The translations under genes were made by a program, and so were the position numbers. Below are positions 41,698-51,645 of a DNA stretch of 64,000 bases, piece after piece. Under the pieces are notes generated by a model. The model was not told the origin of the DNA and did not search any database. It saw only the letters and a list, made by a program, of their open reading frames with translations. The stretch comes from Thermoleophilia bacterium (GTDB lineage Bacteria; Actinomycetota; Thermoleophilia; UBA2241), in the NCBI GenBank assembly GCA_040772045.1, contig JAXGYV010000006.1, positions 8,260-72,259 on the forward strand, in the 5' to 3' direction. Every line of letters begins with the position of its first letter. Position 1 is the stretch's first letter.

Positions 41698-43148
41698 CGC
41701 TCATATGTATCGGCAGGAAGGATGGAATCCCCTGAGCCGACTTTCTCTGAGAGCGTGTACCCGGTGGCCGTGAGTGTCGAAGAGAGGGCGCCGGGGACGT
41801 CGACGATGCCGGCGCCCTGTTGGTACGTGGTAGCTCCGGGCAGGGGATCGGCGGTCGCCATGAGGCGGAGCTTCACGTCGTCCGGAGTGAGATCCGGCTG
41901 TTCGTCGAGCATCAGAGCGACAATGCCGCTCACGACTGGCGCTGCCGTACTGGTGCCCGAGAGCACGAAGTACTGCGGGGAGGCGGTAGGAGGAGCGCCG
42001 GTGATGTACTCAGATACGGCGAGCCGGTTCTCGGGGAAGAAGCGGTCCACGTAGCTGCGTGGCGAGCGCAAAGATACGTTGCGGTTACCGGGGGCCACCA
42101 GGTCTGGCTTGGCGATCTCATCGAACATGGTGGGACCCGCCGAACTGTAGCCGGCGACTGTGTCGTCGGCGGAAGCGAACGTCTGCCGGGTATCCGTGGC
42201 GCCGACAGTAATCACGTACGGGTCGTTACCGGGAGAGAGGATGCCGCCCGATCCAAACTCGCCCTCGTTACCGGCGGCGCAGACCACGACGATGCCCGCC
42301 TTCCAGGCGGCCTCAACGGCTTGAGCCATCGGGTCCGTCTCGACGGGGCCCACTACATCGCCGCCGAGCGACAGGTTCAGGACACGGATGTCGTAGCGCT
42401 CTCTGTTGGCGATGGTCCAGGCGATAGCCCGAATAACGTCCGATTCACGGCCCGTGCCGAACTTGTCCAGGACCTTCAGGGACACAATGTCCGCTTCCGG
42501 CGCCACGCCGCGGTACTGGCGAATCGCGCTCCCGCCTTGATCGAGGGGGAGAGAAGCGCTGCCGTTGCCGGCGATGAGGCCGGCGACGAAGGTGCCGTGC
42601 CCGGCGTCGTCGTAGGCGCGGCGACGATTCTTCACGAAGTCCTTGAAGGCCAGCAGACGCAGCGTGCCGTCAGCATCGCGAAGGTCTGTGTGCGTGCTGA
42701 GGCCGCTGTCGATGATGGCCACGGTAACGCCATCGCCGGTAGGCCCATCTTGCCACGGTGGCAAGATGGCGGGCAGGCCGATGGCGAAGTTGGTGAAGCT
42801 GAGCGAGTCCGTCCAGCCGATGCCCACCACATCGTCGTCGGCCCGAATGCTGGCAACGCTGGGGAGGTTTGCGAGCGTTGTTATCTGGTCCGCGGTGAGC
42901 TCGGCGGCTACGGCGTTCAGGAGTGGCAAGCGAACGGCTTCGGTATTTCCGAGGTACGAGGTGACCTTGTCGAGGCGATCCGTGCTGAAGACGATCACGG
43001 GGATGGTGGCGCCGGGTACGTCCTTCATCGTTGTGGCGACGTCGGTATCTATCGGCGCGCGGCGCGCGGCCCACGCGGTTCCCGCGGTGAGTAGAAGCAC
43101 GAGCAACAGGATCGCAAGCCCTGCAGCGACTCGCGAGCTGGCCTTCAT
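41580..43148 (-). CDS. Secreted S8 (subtilisin/AprX-like) serine peptidase with C-terminal WTRYR repeats
   Basis: Signal peptide ending AWA, a propeptide, catalytic triad IIDSG / GHGTFVAG / SGTSTAAP and oxyanion AAGN; GGGGAGG RBS. Confidence 0.95.
   Translation of the reverse strand: MKASSRVAAGLAILLLVLLLTAGTAWAARRAPIDTDVATTMKDVPGATIPVIVFSTDRLDKVTSYLGNTEAVRLPLLNAVAAELTADQITTLANLPSVASIRADDDVVGIGWTDSLSFTNFAIGLPAILPPWQDGPTGDGVTVAIIDSGLSTHTDLRDADGTLRLLAFKDFVKNRRRAYDDAGHGTFVAGLIAGNGSASLPLDQGGSAIRQYRGVAPEADIVSLKVLDKFGTGRESDVIRAIAWTIANRERYDIRVLNLSLGGDVVGPVETDPMAQAVEAAWKAGIVVVCAAGNEGEFGSGGILSPGNDPYVITVGATDTRQTFASADDTVAGYSSAGPTMFDEIAKPDLVAPGNRNVSLRSPRSYVDRFFPENRLAVSEYITGAPPTASPQYFVLSGTSTAAPVVSGIVALMLDEQPDLTPDDVKLRLMATADPLPGATTYQQGAGIVDVPGALSSTLTATGYTLSEKVGSGDSILPADTYERWNEYKWTRYRWTRYRWTRYRWTRYRWTRYRWTTLLQGQ
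41604..41696 (-). repeat. 15-bp tandem repeat encoding WNEYK-(WTRYR)x5-W
   Basis: Units are tggaacgagtacaag, tggaccaggtatcgg, tggacgaggtatcgc, tggacgaggtacagg, tggaccaggtatcgg, tggacccgatatcgc, then tgg. Confidence 0.97.
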
Positions 43149-43313
43149 AGTCGCCTCCCCGCCGGCTTGACTTCGGCGGCCGGCCCGCCTCCGGTTGAGT
43201 GTCGTGCACGTTCAACGGGGACGCGAGCGCCGTGGCGATGCGGCATCGCGACGGCGCTCTCGTAGGAGGAGTTCGTGCACACGGACTCCCACGACGCATG
43301 CCTCGTTGCTTCC

Positions 43314-43340
43314 TTATCGGCAATCGCGGGCGTGTCCTGA
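43314..43340 (-). promoter_or_regulatory. Putative sigma28 (FliA/SigD/WhiG-type) promoter of the S8 peptidase operon
   Basis: Minus strand TCAG-N15-GCCGATAA: an exact consensus -10 with canonical spacing and an imperfect -35. Confidence 0.6.
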
Positions 43341-43517
43341 CCGTGCGCGCGCGCGAAGTGTATTCAGCCCAGACGGCGGGAGGGGCGCGTGGGAGAGCGA
43401 GGGCGGCCCTGCTGTGGCGTGCAGTCGTCTGCTCGTCTGGCATGCGTGGCCCCTCGAGGCACCGGTCATCGCGACGGCGAACCGCGGCGGCGGGTGTTGA
43501 GCGGCGTGCTAAGGTAA

Positions 43518-46039
43518 TTGGGAAAGGGTGTCGAACAGAGAGGCGTGAGGATAGAAAGGCGCAGGACACTCCGTGGGCGCCGCCGCGTCTGCGTCGCACG
43601 GAGGCACACACCGTTGCGACGCGCCGCACTGCTGACGCTGGCGGCGTGTATAGGTCTGGTAGCCGCGGCCTGGGGGGCTCCACGGATCAGCACCGCTGTG
43701 GCCGGGTGGACCAAAGCTGCTCCGGTACGGGGCTGCAAGATGGCGGTGCCACTGGTACCGCGGCGGCCAGCCCCGAACGCCGCCGCGCGCTCGGGTCTTC
43801 CAGGTCCCCCCGTGAGTCCGCCGGGAACGCGCGGGCGTTTGGACCCTGGCTGGCGCTTCAACGCGGTTGGCGTTGTGTGCGATGGGTTGCCGGCGGGGAG
43901 CCCGATGCCCGAGGTCGAGGTACGAACGAAGAACGACGATGGGTCGTGGTCGGCTTGGCGCGCTCTGACGTTCGAGGTCGCCGACTCCGAGAGTGGCGTG
44001 GCCGGGCGCTTAATGGCTGAGCTGCTGTGGGTCAAAAGGGGGCGCTCGCTCGACTACCGCATCGTGGCGGCTCCGGCGAGCGCCAAGTTGGACATCTCCT
44101 TCATCAATACCGCGGGCGACGCCACCGGTACGGACCGTGTAGTGGGCGCTCTGCGTACCGTTGTCGCAGCCATCTCGGGCGTCCCCCTGGTGCCGGCCGC
44201 GAGCGCCGCGCCGGCCATGCCGAAGATCATGACGCGGAGGGAGTGGGGTGCCAACGAGCGGTGGCGAGACGGGGAGCCGGACTACGCGCTGGTGAAGATG
44301 GCTTTCGTCCACCACACGGTGAGTGGCAACAACTACACCAGGCAGGGGGGCGCAGGAGTCGTACGGGCCGTGTACTGGTACCACACACAGTCTGCCGGAT
44401 TCCGCGACATCGGCTACAACTTCCTCATCGATAAGTACGGCCAGATCTACGAGGGTCGCTACGGCGGCATCCGGGAGGGTGTCATCGGCGCGCAGACCCT
44501 GGGCTTCAACACCAGCTCTACTGGCGTGGCGCTGGTGGGCACTTTTTCCAGCGTGTCGCCGCCGCCGGCCATGCTGGGCAGTCTGCGGGCGTTGCTTGCC
44601 TGGAAGCTGGACGTGCACCACATTAACCCGCTGTCCAAGGCCAAGATGCTCTGCCGCGCATCTGATCGTTTTAGGGCGGGCACGACCGTGTGGTTGCCCG
44701 CCATCTCTGCCCATCGCACTGCCTGTTATACGGCTTGTCCTGGAAACGGGATGTATGCCCGTATGGCTTGGCTGCGCAAGGCCGTGACGGCGCGCGGTCT
44801 GCCCAAGATCTACGCCCTCTCGGTCTCGCCGGCGGTGTTGAGCCCCACGGGCGATGGTGTGCGCGATACCGTCAGCGTTCGCTACACCATATCGGAGGCG
44901 GCCAGTTGGACGGTCACCGTCAGCGATGGCGCCGGGACGCTGGTACGCAGCTTCGACGGGCAAGGCGCCACGGCGGTAAAGGTGGTTTGGGATGGCCGCG
45001 ACGATCAGGGCGCGGTGGTGCCCGATGGAACCTACGTGATTACGGGGAACGCACAGACGCCCAGCGGACGAAAGGCGAGCCCAGGCGTGCAGGCCGTGAC
45101 GGTAGATACGGTGCCCCCGGAGTTCGAGCAGTTGAGGCAGAGCGCCACGGTCGTCAATCCGCTGGGCACTGGGGCTGGCGACCGGGTCGCCGTCTCCTAT
45201 GTGTTGAACGAGCCGTGCAGTGTTCGGGCGGTGGTTCGCTCGGCAACCGGCGAGACGGTCCGTGAGCTGGCGGGTATGAGCAGCCTTCACCAGGGGCCGC
45301 GTTCGGTAACCTGGGATGGCAAGATCGTTTCGGACGGTCGGACGGTGGCGGCGCCGGAGGGCGTGTACACGATCGTGGTGCTGGCCTCGGACGCTGCCGG
45401 CAATGCGGGAAGCGCTTCGGCGGAGGTGAGGGTGGATCGCACCGTGAGGGTTACGGGGGCGCAGCCCATCTACTTCTCGCCGAACGGCGACGGCCGGCAA
45501 GACATCGCTACCGTCCCGTTCGCCCTGCTTCGTGCGGCGGATGTGGTGGCGACGGTGAAACTGGGCAGTACGGCGGTTCGCAGCATGCCCATGGGCCGGC
45601 TCGAGGCCGGTGCTCACTCGCTCGACTGGGACGGCACCCGCGCCGACGGAACGGTGGTGTCGAGCGGCGGGCTGTACACCGTCGTGTTCGAGGCCACGGG
45701 CGACGCGATTGAGTCGCGTGCCGCGGGGCGCGTGATCGTCGATCGCCGGGGGCCGTACTTCAAGCTGGGGGCGGGAGTGACCGTGCGGCGCTCGACGACC
45801 GCTCGCATGTACTACGCGGTGTATGACCAGCGCAGTCCGCGGCCCACGTGACCGTGGTCGTTCGCCGCTCGGGAGTGGTGGCGAAGCGTCTGGATTTGGG
45901 TTGGTTACGTACTGGTACCAGACTGCGGTTCTCCTACACCCCGCCGAAGGCTGGCGTTTATGTAGCTACGTTTACCGCGGTTGACCTGGCCGGTAATCGC
46001 CAGCAGGCGCCGGCCTACTGGCGTGTGAACTCGCGGTAG
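43518..46039 (+). CDS. Secreted N-acetylmuramoyl-L-alanine amidase (Amidase_2/PGRP-like) with repeated FlgD Ig-like domains; apparent frameshift near 45842
   Basis: FVHHTVS, DIGYNFLIDKYGQIYEGR, GAQTLGFN and HR...TACPG; three WDG..G..V.DG.Y modules. ORF 45848..46039 continues the beta-rich tail. Confidence 0.85.
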
Positions 46040-46135
46040 GCTTTCGTCTGCCACGGTGCGCCGTAGACCTCGCCGCCGCCTGGCCGCGGGGGGGGGGGGG
46101 GGGGGGGGGGAACCCCCCCCCCCGCCCCAAACGGC

Positions 46136-46939
46136 TCAGCACGCATGCTCGCGGCGCCACCGGCAGTGCGGGATGGGGCACGAGGCCATGCGCGCGCTGT
46201 CGCACAGCTCGCAGCGTTCGGCGGCTAAGGTGATGGGGAGATCGTAGTCGCCGTTCCCCGCACCGGCGAGGCGCATGACGGCGTGGAGGCCGCGCGACAC
46301 GGTCTTCATGTCGGCGAAGGAGTCGGCCTTCTCGGGGATGTCCACGAGGCCCATTCGCGCGGCACGCTTGCGCACGCGGCCGTCGGGTACGTACCCGTAC
46401 CGGTCGAGCTGATCGCCGTGCCAGAGATTCAGTCGGCGCATCTCGCGTACCACCCAAAAGGCGCGCGACTTGAGCGCGCCCCCCGAGGTGGCGCGCAGTA
46501 CGTCGACGGCCGTGTCTGGGTCGGGCGGCTCGGGGAGGAGCTGTGCCCATGCTTCACGAGTGGCCGCGAGCCTGGCGAAGTCGATGATTTTGCCCTTGCT
46601 GTCGCTCCGCGTGACGGGCGGGTCGAGTGCGTAGCAGGTGAGCTCGAACGTGCCCGCGAAGACGTCGGCGACCGTGCCCGCCGCCAGGAGGCGATCCCAG
46701 TCTGAGCGGACGACCGCCTCGGGCGCGGGCTGGGCGGAGAGCACCGCGTAGCAGAGGAGCTTGAAGAAGAGCTCCTGCTGGATGAGAGCGTCGCTGGAGG
46801 CGAACGAGGCGGCCTCCTCCGGCTCCAAAACCGCTGCCGCGGTGCGGCCGGCGGCACGGAAGGATTCGAGGAGGAATGCTGCGTCTTCCTTGCGCTCCTT
46901 GTTGGTGAGTGGAGCTGCTTGTACGTCGGTGTCGGTCAC
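46136..46939 (-). CDS. Hypothetical protein, weakly HhH-GPD glycosylase-like with a C-terminal Cys cluster
   Basis: CAGGAGGG RBS and GTG 46939. PDGRVRKRAARMGLV resembles VDxHVxRxxxRLGL. C-terminus CELC-x7-C-x4-C. Confidence 0.6.
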   Translation of the reverse strand: MTDTDVQAAPLTNKERKEDAAFLLESFRAAGRTAAAVLEPEEAASFASSDALIQQELFFKLLCYAVLSAQPAPEAVVRSDWDRLLAAGTVADVFAGTFELTCYALDPPVTRSDSKGKIIDFARLAATREAWAQLLPEPPDPDTAVDVLRATSGGALKSRAFWVVREMRRLNLWHGDQLDRYGYVPDGRVRKRAARMGLVDIPEKADSFADMKTVSRGLHAVMRLAGAGNGDYDLPITLAAERCELCDSARMASCPIPHCRWRREHAC

Positions 46940-47227
46940 GGTGCCCTCCTGTCCCGTAGGACGGTTGTTGGTTGCGGCCGGCGGCGATGTGGTGAGGCCT
47001 TCTGCGCGGCCGCTGCCGGGATCAATCCCCGGAGCTCGCAGCCTACGGATGGCGAACACGCTGGAATAGGGCGACGAAACGGGGGTTGGGTGGACATGTG
47101 GGATACTCTCCGGTGCACAATGACCGAGAATGCGGACTGTGGCAGTCCGTTTGCGGTGGCGCGGCGGTCATACTAGGATGTAACGCCGGTCGGGGGCAGA
47201 GAGCCCCAGGAGAGCACCGGTGTCCCC

Positions 47228-50200
47228 GTGGAGGCAGGTTCGCGACAGCCCATGGCGTTTTTGGGTATCGATATCGGGTGTATCAGCCTCAAGCTCGCGC
47301 TTCTCGGCACTCCGACCGATGTATCGCTGTTCCAGCGCCTTGCCGTACAGCATCCTTCGCTGTTTCACATCCCAGACGCGGGGCTGGTGGTCGTGCATGG
47401 CTCCCCCCTGCTGGTCTCTGCCTATCGCCGCATCAAGGGGAGCCCCGCCGATGCTACGCGCGCGCTGCTCGACGAGGTATTCGCGGTGTTTCCGCGGGAG
47501 GCTATCGAGGGTGTGCGCGTCACGGGATCGGGGGGGCGCCTCATCGGTGAGGCGCTCGGCGCCCCCTACGAGAACGAGTTCAAAGCCATCGCCAAGGGCC
47601 TCGCGGCCCTTCACCCAGAGGTCGTCACCGTCTTCGAGATGGGCGGCGAGACCAGCAAGTTCATCCGCCTCGAGGCCGACGGCGGCAGCTCCGTCGGCAT
47701 CAGCGACTACTCCACCAACGGCGACTGCGCGGCCGGCACCGGGTCCTTCATGGACCAGCAGGCCAGCCGCTTGCTGTACGACATAGAAGACGTCGGAGAG
47801 ATCGTACTGGGGGCCGGCAAGGCGGCCAGCGTTGCCGGCCGCTGCAGCGTGTTCGCCAAGAGCGACATGATCCACGCGCAGCAGAAGGGCTACCAACCGC
47901 CCGAGGTGCTGCGCGGCCTGTGCGACGCCGTCATCCGTAACTTCCGCGGCACGATCACCAAGGGCAAGGTGATCGAGCCGCCGGTGGCGTTCATCGGCGG
48001 CGTGGCCGCCAACCAGGGCGCCGTGCAAGCTGTGCGCGAGGCCTTCAGCTTCGCCGACGGCGCCCTCTTCGTACCCCCGCTCTACGCGTGGATGGGCGCC
48101 GTCGGCGCCGCGCTGCTCGGGGCGGAGGCGTCGGAGGCCGCGGATCAGGCGACGGTCTCCGTAGACGTGGGTGCCTTGCCGGCCTCCCAGTTTCCGGTGA
48201 GCGAGCCGCTGAGCATGAGCCGCGTGCGTCTGCTGCGCGATATCGCGCCGCAGGGCGAGGTGAGCGGCGACGGCGTGCTCGATACGTACCTGGGCATCGA
48301 CGTCGGTTCGGTGTCCACGAACCTGGTGCTCATCGACGACGAGTGCCGGGTGCTCAAGGAGATCTATGTAAAGACGGACGCGCGGCCGGTGGAGGTGGTC
48401 GACAAGGCGCTGCACGACCTGCGGACCGAGTTCGGCGCAAGCATCCGGCTGTGCGGCGTGGGGACTACCGGTTCCGGGCGCGAGCTGGTCGGCGAGTTAA
48501 CGGGAGCAGACATCGTCACCGACGAGATCACAGCGCACAAAACGGGTGCCGACTTCATCGGGCGCATGATCGACCGCCGGGTCGACACCATCTTCGAGAT
48601 CGGTGGCCAAGACAGCAAGTTCATCAGCCTGCAAGACGGGGTGGTGGTCGATTTCGCCATGAACGAGGCGTGCGCGGCGGGCACCGGATCGTTCCTGGAG
48701 GAACAAGCCGAGAAGCTGGGCATCAGCATCATCGGCGAGTTCGCGGAGCTGGCGCTGTCCTCACAGACACCCGTTCGTCTCGGCGAGCGGTGCACGGTCT
48801 TCATGGAGCGCGACGTGATGAGCTACATGCAGCGCGGCGCGCGCAAAGAGGACCTGGTCGCCGGTCTGGCCTACTCGATCGCGCACAACTACCTCAACCG
48901 AGTGGTGCGCGATCGGCGCATCGGCGAGTGCATCTACTTCCAGGGCGGCACGGCGTACAACGACGCCGTGGCGGCGGCGTTCAGCCAGATCCTGGAGAAA
49001 GAGATTATCGTGCCGCCGTGCAACGGCGTGATGGGCGCGCTCGGCGTGGCCCTGCTGGCGCGCGAGCGCATGCAGCGCACGCAGGCCGCCACCGGCTTCC
49101 GGGGCTGGGACCTCCAGAAGGTGGACTACACGGTCGTCGACTTTGTCTGCAAGGGCTGCAGTAACGAGTGCGACGTGCGCCAGTTCACCATCGAGGGCGA
49201 GAAGACGTACTGGGGCGATAAGTGCTCGGACCGGTACCGCAAGCGGGCCAAGGTGGAAAAGGAGCCGGTGATCGAAGATCTGATCGCCGTGCGCGAAGAC
49301 GCGCTCGTGGGTTCCTACGAGCGCCTGCTGGCGGACGTGCCCGCCGACGCGCCGATCGTGGGCCTGCCGCGCGCCATGTACACCTTCGACCGCCTGCCGT
49401 TCTGGTCGGCGTTCTTCGCCGAGCTGGGGCTGCGGCCGATGCTCTCGCCGGAGAGCGACCGTGGCATCCGCGAGAGCGGAGTAGAGGCCACGGTCGCCGA
49501 GCCGTGCTTCCCCATTCGCGTGGCACACGGGCACGTCGCGTGGCTGGCCGATCACGGCGCGGAGCGCATCTTCGTCCCCAACCAGATCAACGAGGAGACG
49601 GAGTTTCCGCGCTATAACTCGCACGCGTGCCCGTGGGGGCAAACGCTTCCCTTCGTGGTGCGCACGGCGCCGCGGCTGCGCGCCCACGCCGATCGCCTGC
49701 TCATGCCGCTGGTGCGCTTCCGGCTGGGCAAGCAGGGGCTGCTGAAGGACCTGCGAGAGATGGCGGCCGAGCTCGGCGCCTCGGAGGCGCGGTTGAGCGC
49801 CGCCATCGATCGCGCGGAGCAGGCGCAGCAGGATTTCCGCGCGATCCTGCTGGCCGCCGGCGAGCGTGCCCTGGCCACGCTGGAAGAGCGCGGGGAGCAG
49901 GGCATCGTCCTCGTGGGGCGGCCGTACAACATGTACGACAAGGGCATCAACATGGACATCCCGCGCAAGTTGCGCAAGTACTACGGAGTCAACGTACTGC
50001 CGCTCGACTTCCTGCCCATCAAGGGCATCGACGTCAGCGACGTGGTCCCCAACATGTACTGGAACTACGGGCGCAAGATCCTGCAGGCGGCGCGACTGGC
50101 CGGCGAGACGCGTCATCTCCACCTCATCTACGTCACCAACTTCAAGTGCGGGCCAGACTCGTACATCAAGCACTACGTGCGCGAGGCGGCCGGCCGGCCC

Positions 50201-50329
50201 TTCCTCACGCTGCAGTTCGACGAGCATCAGAACGACGCCGGCCACATGACGCGCTGCGAGGCCTATCTGGACAGCAAGGGCTTCCTGCGCTGGTGGTCGG
50301 ACGCCGCGCTGGAGTGCAGCGTCTCATGA
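47228..50329 (+). CDS. Acyl-CoA dehydratase activase (two BcrAD/BadFG ASKHA domains + DUF2229)
   Basis: GIDIG/GIDVGSVST, MGGETSK/IGGQDSK, two CAAGTGSF, RCSVFA/RCTVF, PCFP..VAHGH, VGRPYN and NFKCGPD. Confidence 0.93.
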   Translation: MEAGSRQPMAFLGIDIGCISLKLALLGTPTDVSLFQRLAVQHPSLFHIPDAGLVVVHGSPLLVSAYRRIKGSPADATRALLDEVFAVFPREAIEGVRVTGSGGRLIGEALGAPYENEFKAIAKGLAALHPEVVTVFEMGGETSKFIRLEADGGSSVGISDYSTNGDCAAGTGSFMDQQASRLLYDIEDVGEIVLGAGKAASVAGRCSVFAKSDMIHAQQKGYQPPEVLRGLCDAVIRNFRGTITKGKVIEPPVAFIGGVAANQGAVQAVREAFSFADGALFVPPLYAWMGAVGAALLGAEASEAADQATVSVDVGALPASQFPVSEPLSMSRVRLLRDIAPQGEVSGDGVLDTYLGIDVGSVSTNLVLIDDECRVLKEIYVKTDARPVEVVDKALHDLRTEFGASIRLCGVGTTGSGRELVGELTGADIVTDEITAHKTGADFIGRMIDRRVDTIFEIGGQDSKFISLQDGVVVDFAMNEACAAGTGSFLEEQAEKLGISIIGEFAELALSSQTPVRLGERCTVFMERDVMSYMQRGARKEDLVAGLAYSIAHNYLNRVVRDRRIGECIYFQGGTAYNDAVAAAFSQILEKEIIVPPCNGVMGALGVALLARERMQRTQAATGFRGWDLQKVDYTVVDFVCKGCSNECDVRQFTIEGEKTYWGDKCSDRYRKRAKVEKEPVIEDLIAVREDALVGSYERLLADVPADAPIVGLPRAMYTFDRLPFWSAFFAELGLRPMLSPESDRGIRESGVEATVAEPCFPIRVAHGHVAWLADHGAERIFVPNQINEETEFPRYNSHACPWGQTLPFVVRTAPRLRAHADRLLMPLVRFRLGKQGLLKDLREMAAELGASEARLSAAIDRAEQAQQDFRAILLAAGERALATLEERGEQGIVLVGRPYNMYDKGINMDIPRKLRKYYGVNVLPLDFLPIKGIDVSDVVPNMYWNYGRKILQAARLAGETRHLHLIYVTNFKCGPDSYIKHYVREAAGRPFLTLQFDEHQNDAGHMTRCEAYLDSKGFLRWWSDAALECSVS

Positions 50330-51645
50330 GCGCGGCGGGCGGGACCAAGGCGGCCGAGCGCATCAGCGGCCTCTCGCGGGAGCTGGGCCTGGAGGGCCGC
50401 ACGCTCTATCTGCCGCACATGCCGTGGGGCGGCACGTACTTGCTGTCTGCCGCCCTGCGTTCGATCGGCCTCGACGCGTGGCCGGTGCCCGACTCGGACG
50501 AGCGCACGCTGGAGCTCGGCGGGAGCGTAACGTCGGGCGACGAGTGCTACCCGCAGAAGATCGTCGTCGGCGACTTCCTCAAGCTGCTCGAGACGGGCGA
50601 GCGGAGCAAGATCGCCTTCCTGCTGCCCACGGCCAACGGTCCGTGTCGCTTCGGCCAGTACAACCATCTGGTGCGACGCACGCTGGACGAACGGGGCTAC
50701 CAGGACGTGCCACTCATGACCATCACGTCGAGCGACGGCTACCGCTCCATCGGCGAGTACGGGAACGACCTTGTGCGGACTGGCTGGCGAGCTGTAGTGG
50801 CGCAGGACATCCTCATGAAGATGCTGCTCAAGACGCGCCCCTACGAGCGCGTGGCGGGCAGCACGGACAACGTGTACCGCGAGAGCCTAGAGGACGTTGG
50901 CGGGGCGGTAGCTACGCTCGGGGTCTCCCATCGCGAACGTCTCAACCGCGCGAGCGCCGCCCTGCGGCGTTCGCTGGAGCGCTTCCGTTCGGTCGACTGC
51001 GACTACGACAGAGGGCGCCCGCTGATCGGTGTAGTCGGAGAGATCTTCTGCCGTAACAACACCTTCAGCAACGCCGACCTGGTCCGCGTGGTAGAGCGCC
51101 AGGGTGGCGAGTGCTGGATCAGCGACATCGGCGAGTGGGTCTGGTACACCGACGATGAACACAAGCGGCGCCTTGCGGAAGAGGGTCGAGCCTTCTCCAA
51201 GGATGGCCTGGTGCGCTCGGTGAAGGCGAAGATCCAGCGGCGCGACGAGGAGCTTCTGTACGCCCCATTCGAGCAGGAGTTCGTCGGATACGAGGAGCCG
51301 CACGAGGTGCGCGAAGTACTCGATCTGGCCTGGCCGTACCTGCCCTACACCGGCTCGCTGGGCGAGATGGTGCTGAGCGTGGGCAAGACCGTCTACCTGC
51401 ATCGCAAAGGTGTGGACGGCATCATCGACATCAGTCCCTTCAGTTGCATGAACGGTATTGTCACCGAAGCGGTCTATCCGGTGGTCCAAGAGGATCTCGA
51501 CCGGATACCCGTACGGACGTTCTACTTCGACGGCACGCAGTCCGATTTGGACCGCGACGTGGGCATCTTCATGGAGCTGGCGCGCACCTACCAGCGGCGC
51601 AAAAAGACGGTGCGCCGCTTCCCCGCGTACTTCGGCGCGGCCTGA
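50326..51645 (+). CDS. Partner subunit of the activase (2-hydroxyacyl-CoA dehydratase-like, COG3581-type)
   Basis: GDECYP, GPCRFGQY, IGVVGEIF and PFSCMNG; ATG 50326 overlaps the activase TGA. Confidence 0.87.
   Translation: MSAAGGTKAAERISGLSRELGLEGRTLYLPHMPWGGTYLLSAALRSIGLDAWPVPDSDERTLELGGSVTSGDECYPQKIVVGDFLKLLETGERSKIAFLLPTANGPCRFGQYNHLVRRTLDERGYQDVPLMTITSSDGYRSIGEYGNDLVRTGWRAVVAQDILMKMLLKTRPYERVAGSTDNVYRESLEDVGGAVATLGVSHRERLNRASAALRRSLERFRSVDCDYDRGRPLIGVVGEIFCRNNTFSNADLVRVVERQGGECWISDIGEWVWYTDDEHKRRLAEEGRAFSKDGLVRSVKAKIQRRDEELLYAPFEQEFVGYEEPHEVREVLDLAWPYLPYTGSLGEMVLSVGKTVYLHRKGVDGIIDISPFSCMNGIVTEAVYPVVQEDLDRIPVRTFYFDGTQSDLDRDVGIFMELARTYQRRKKTVRRFPAYFGAA

Noticed and set aside
46088-46128. 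G23-AA-C11 homopolymer hairpin
   Set aside because: Same context (between convergent genes) and same likely artefact as 23131-23170.
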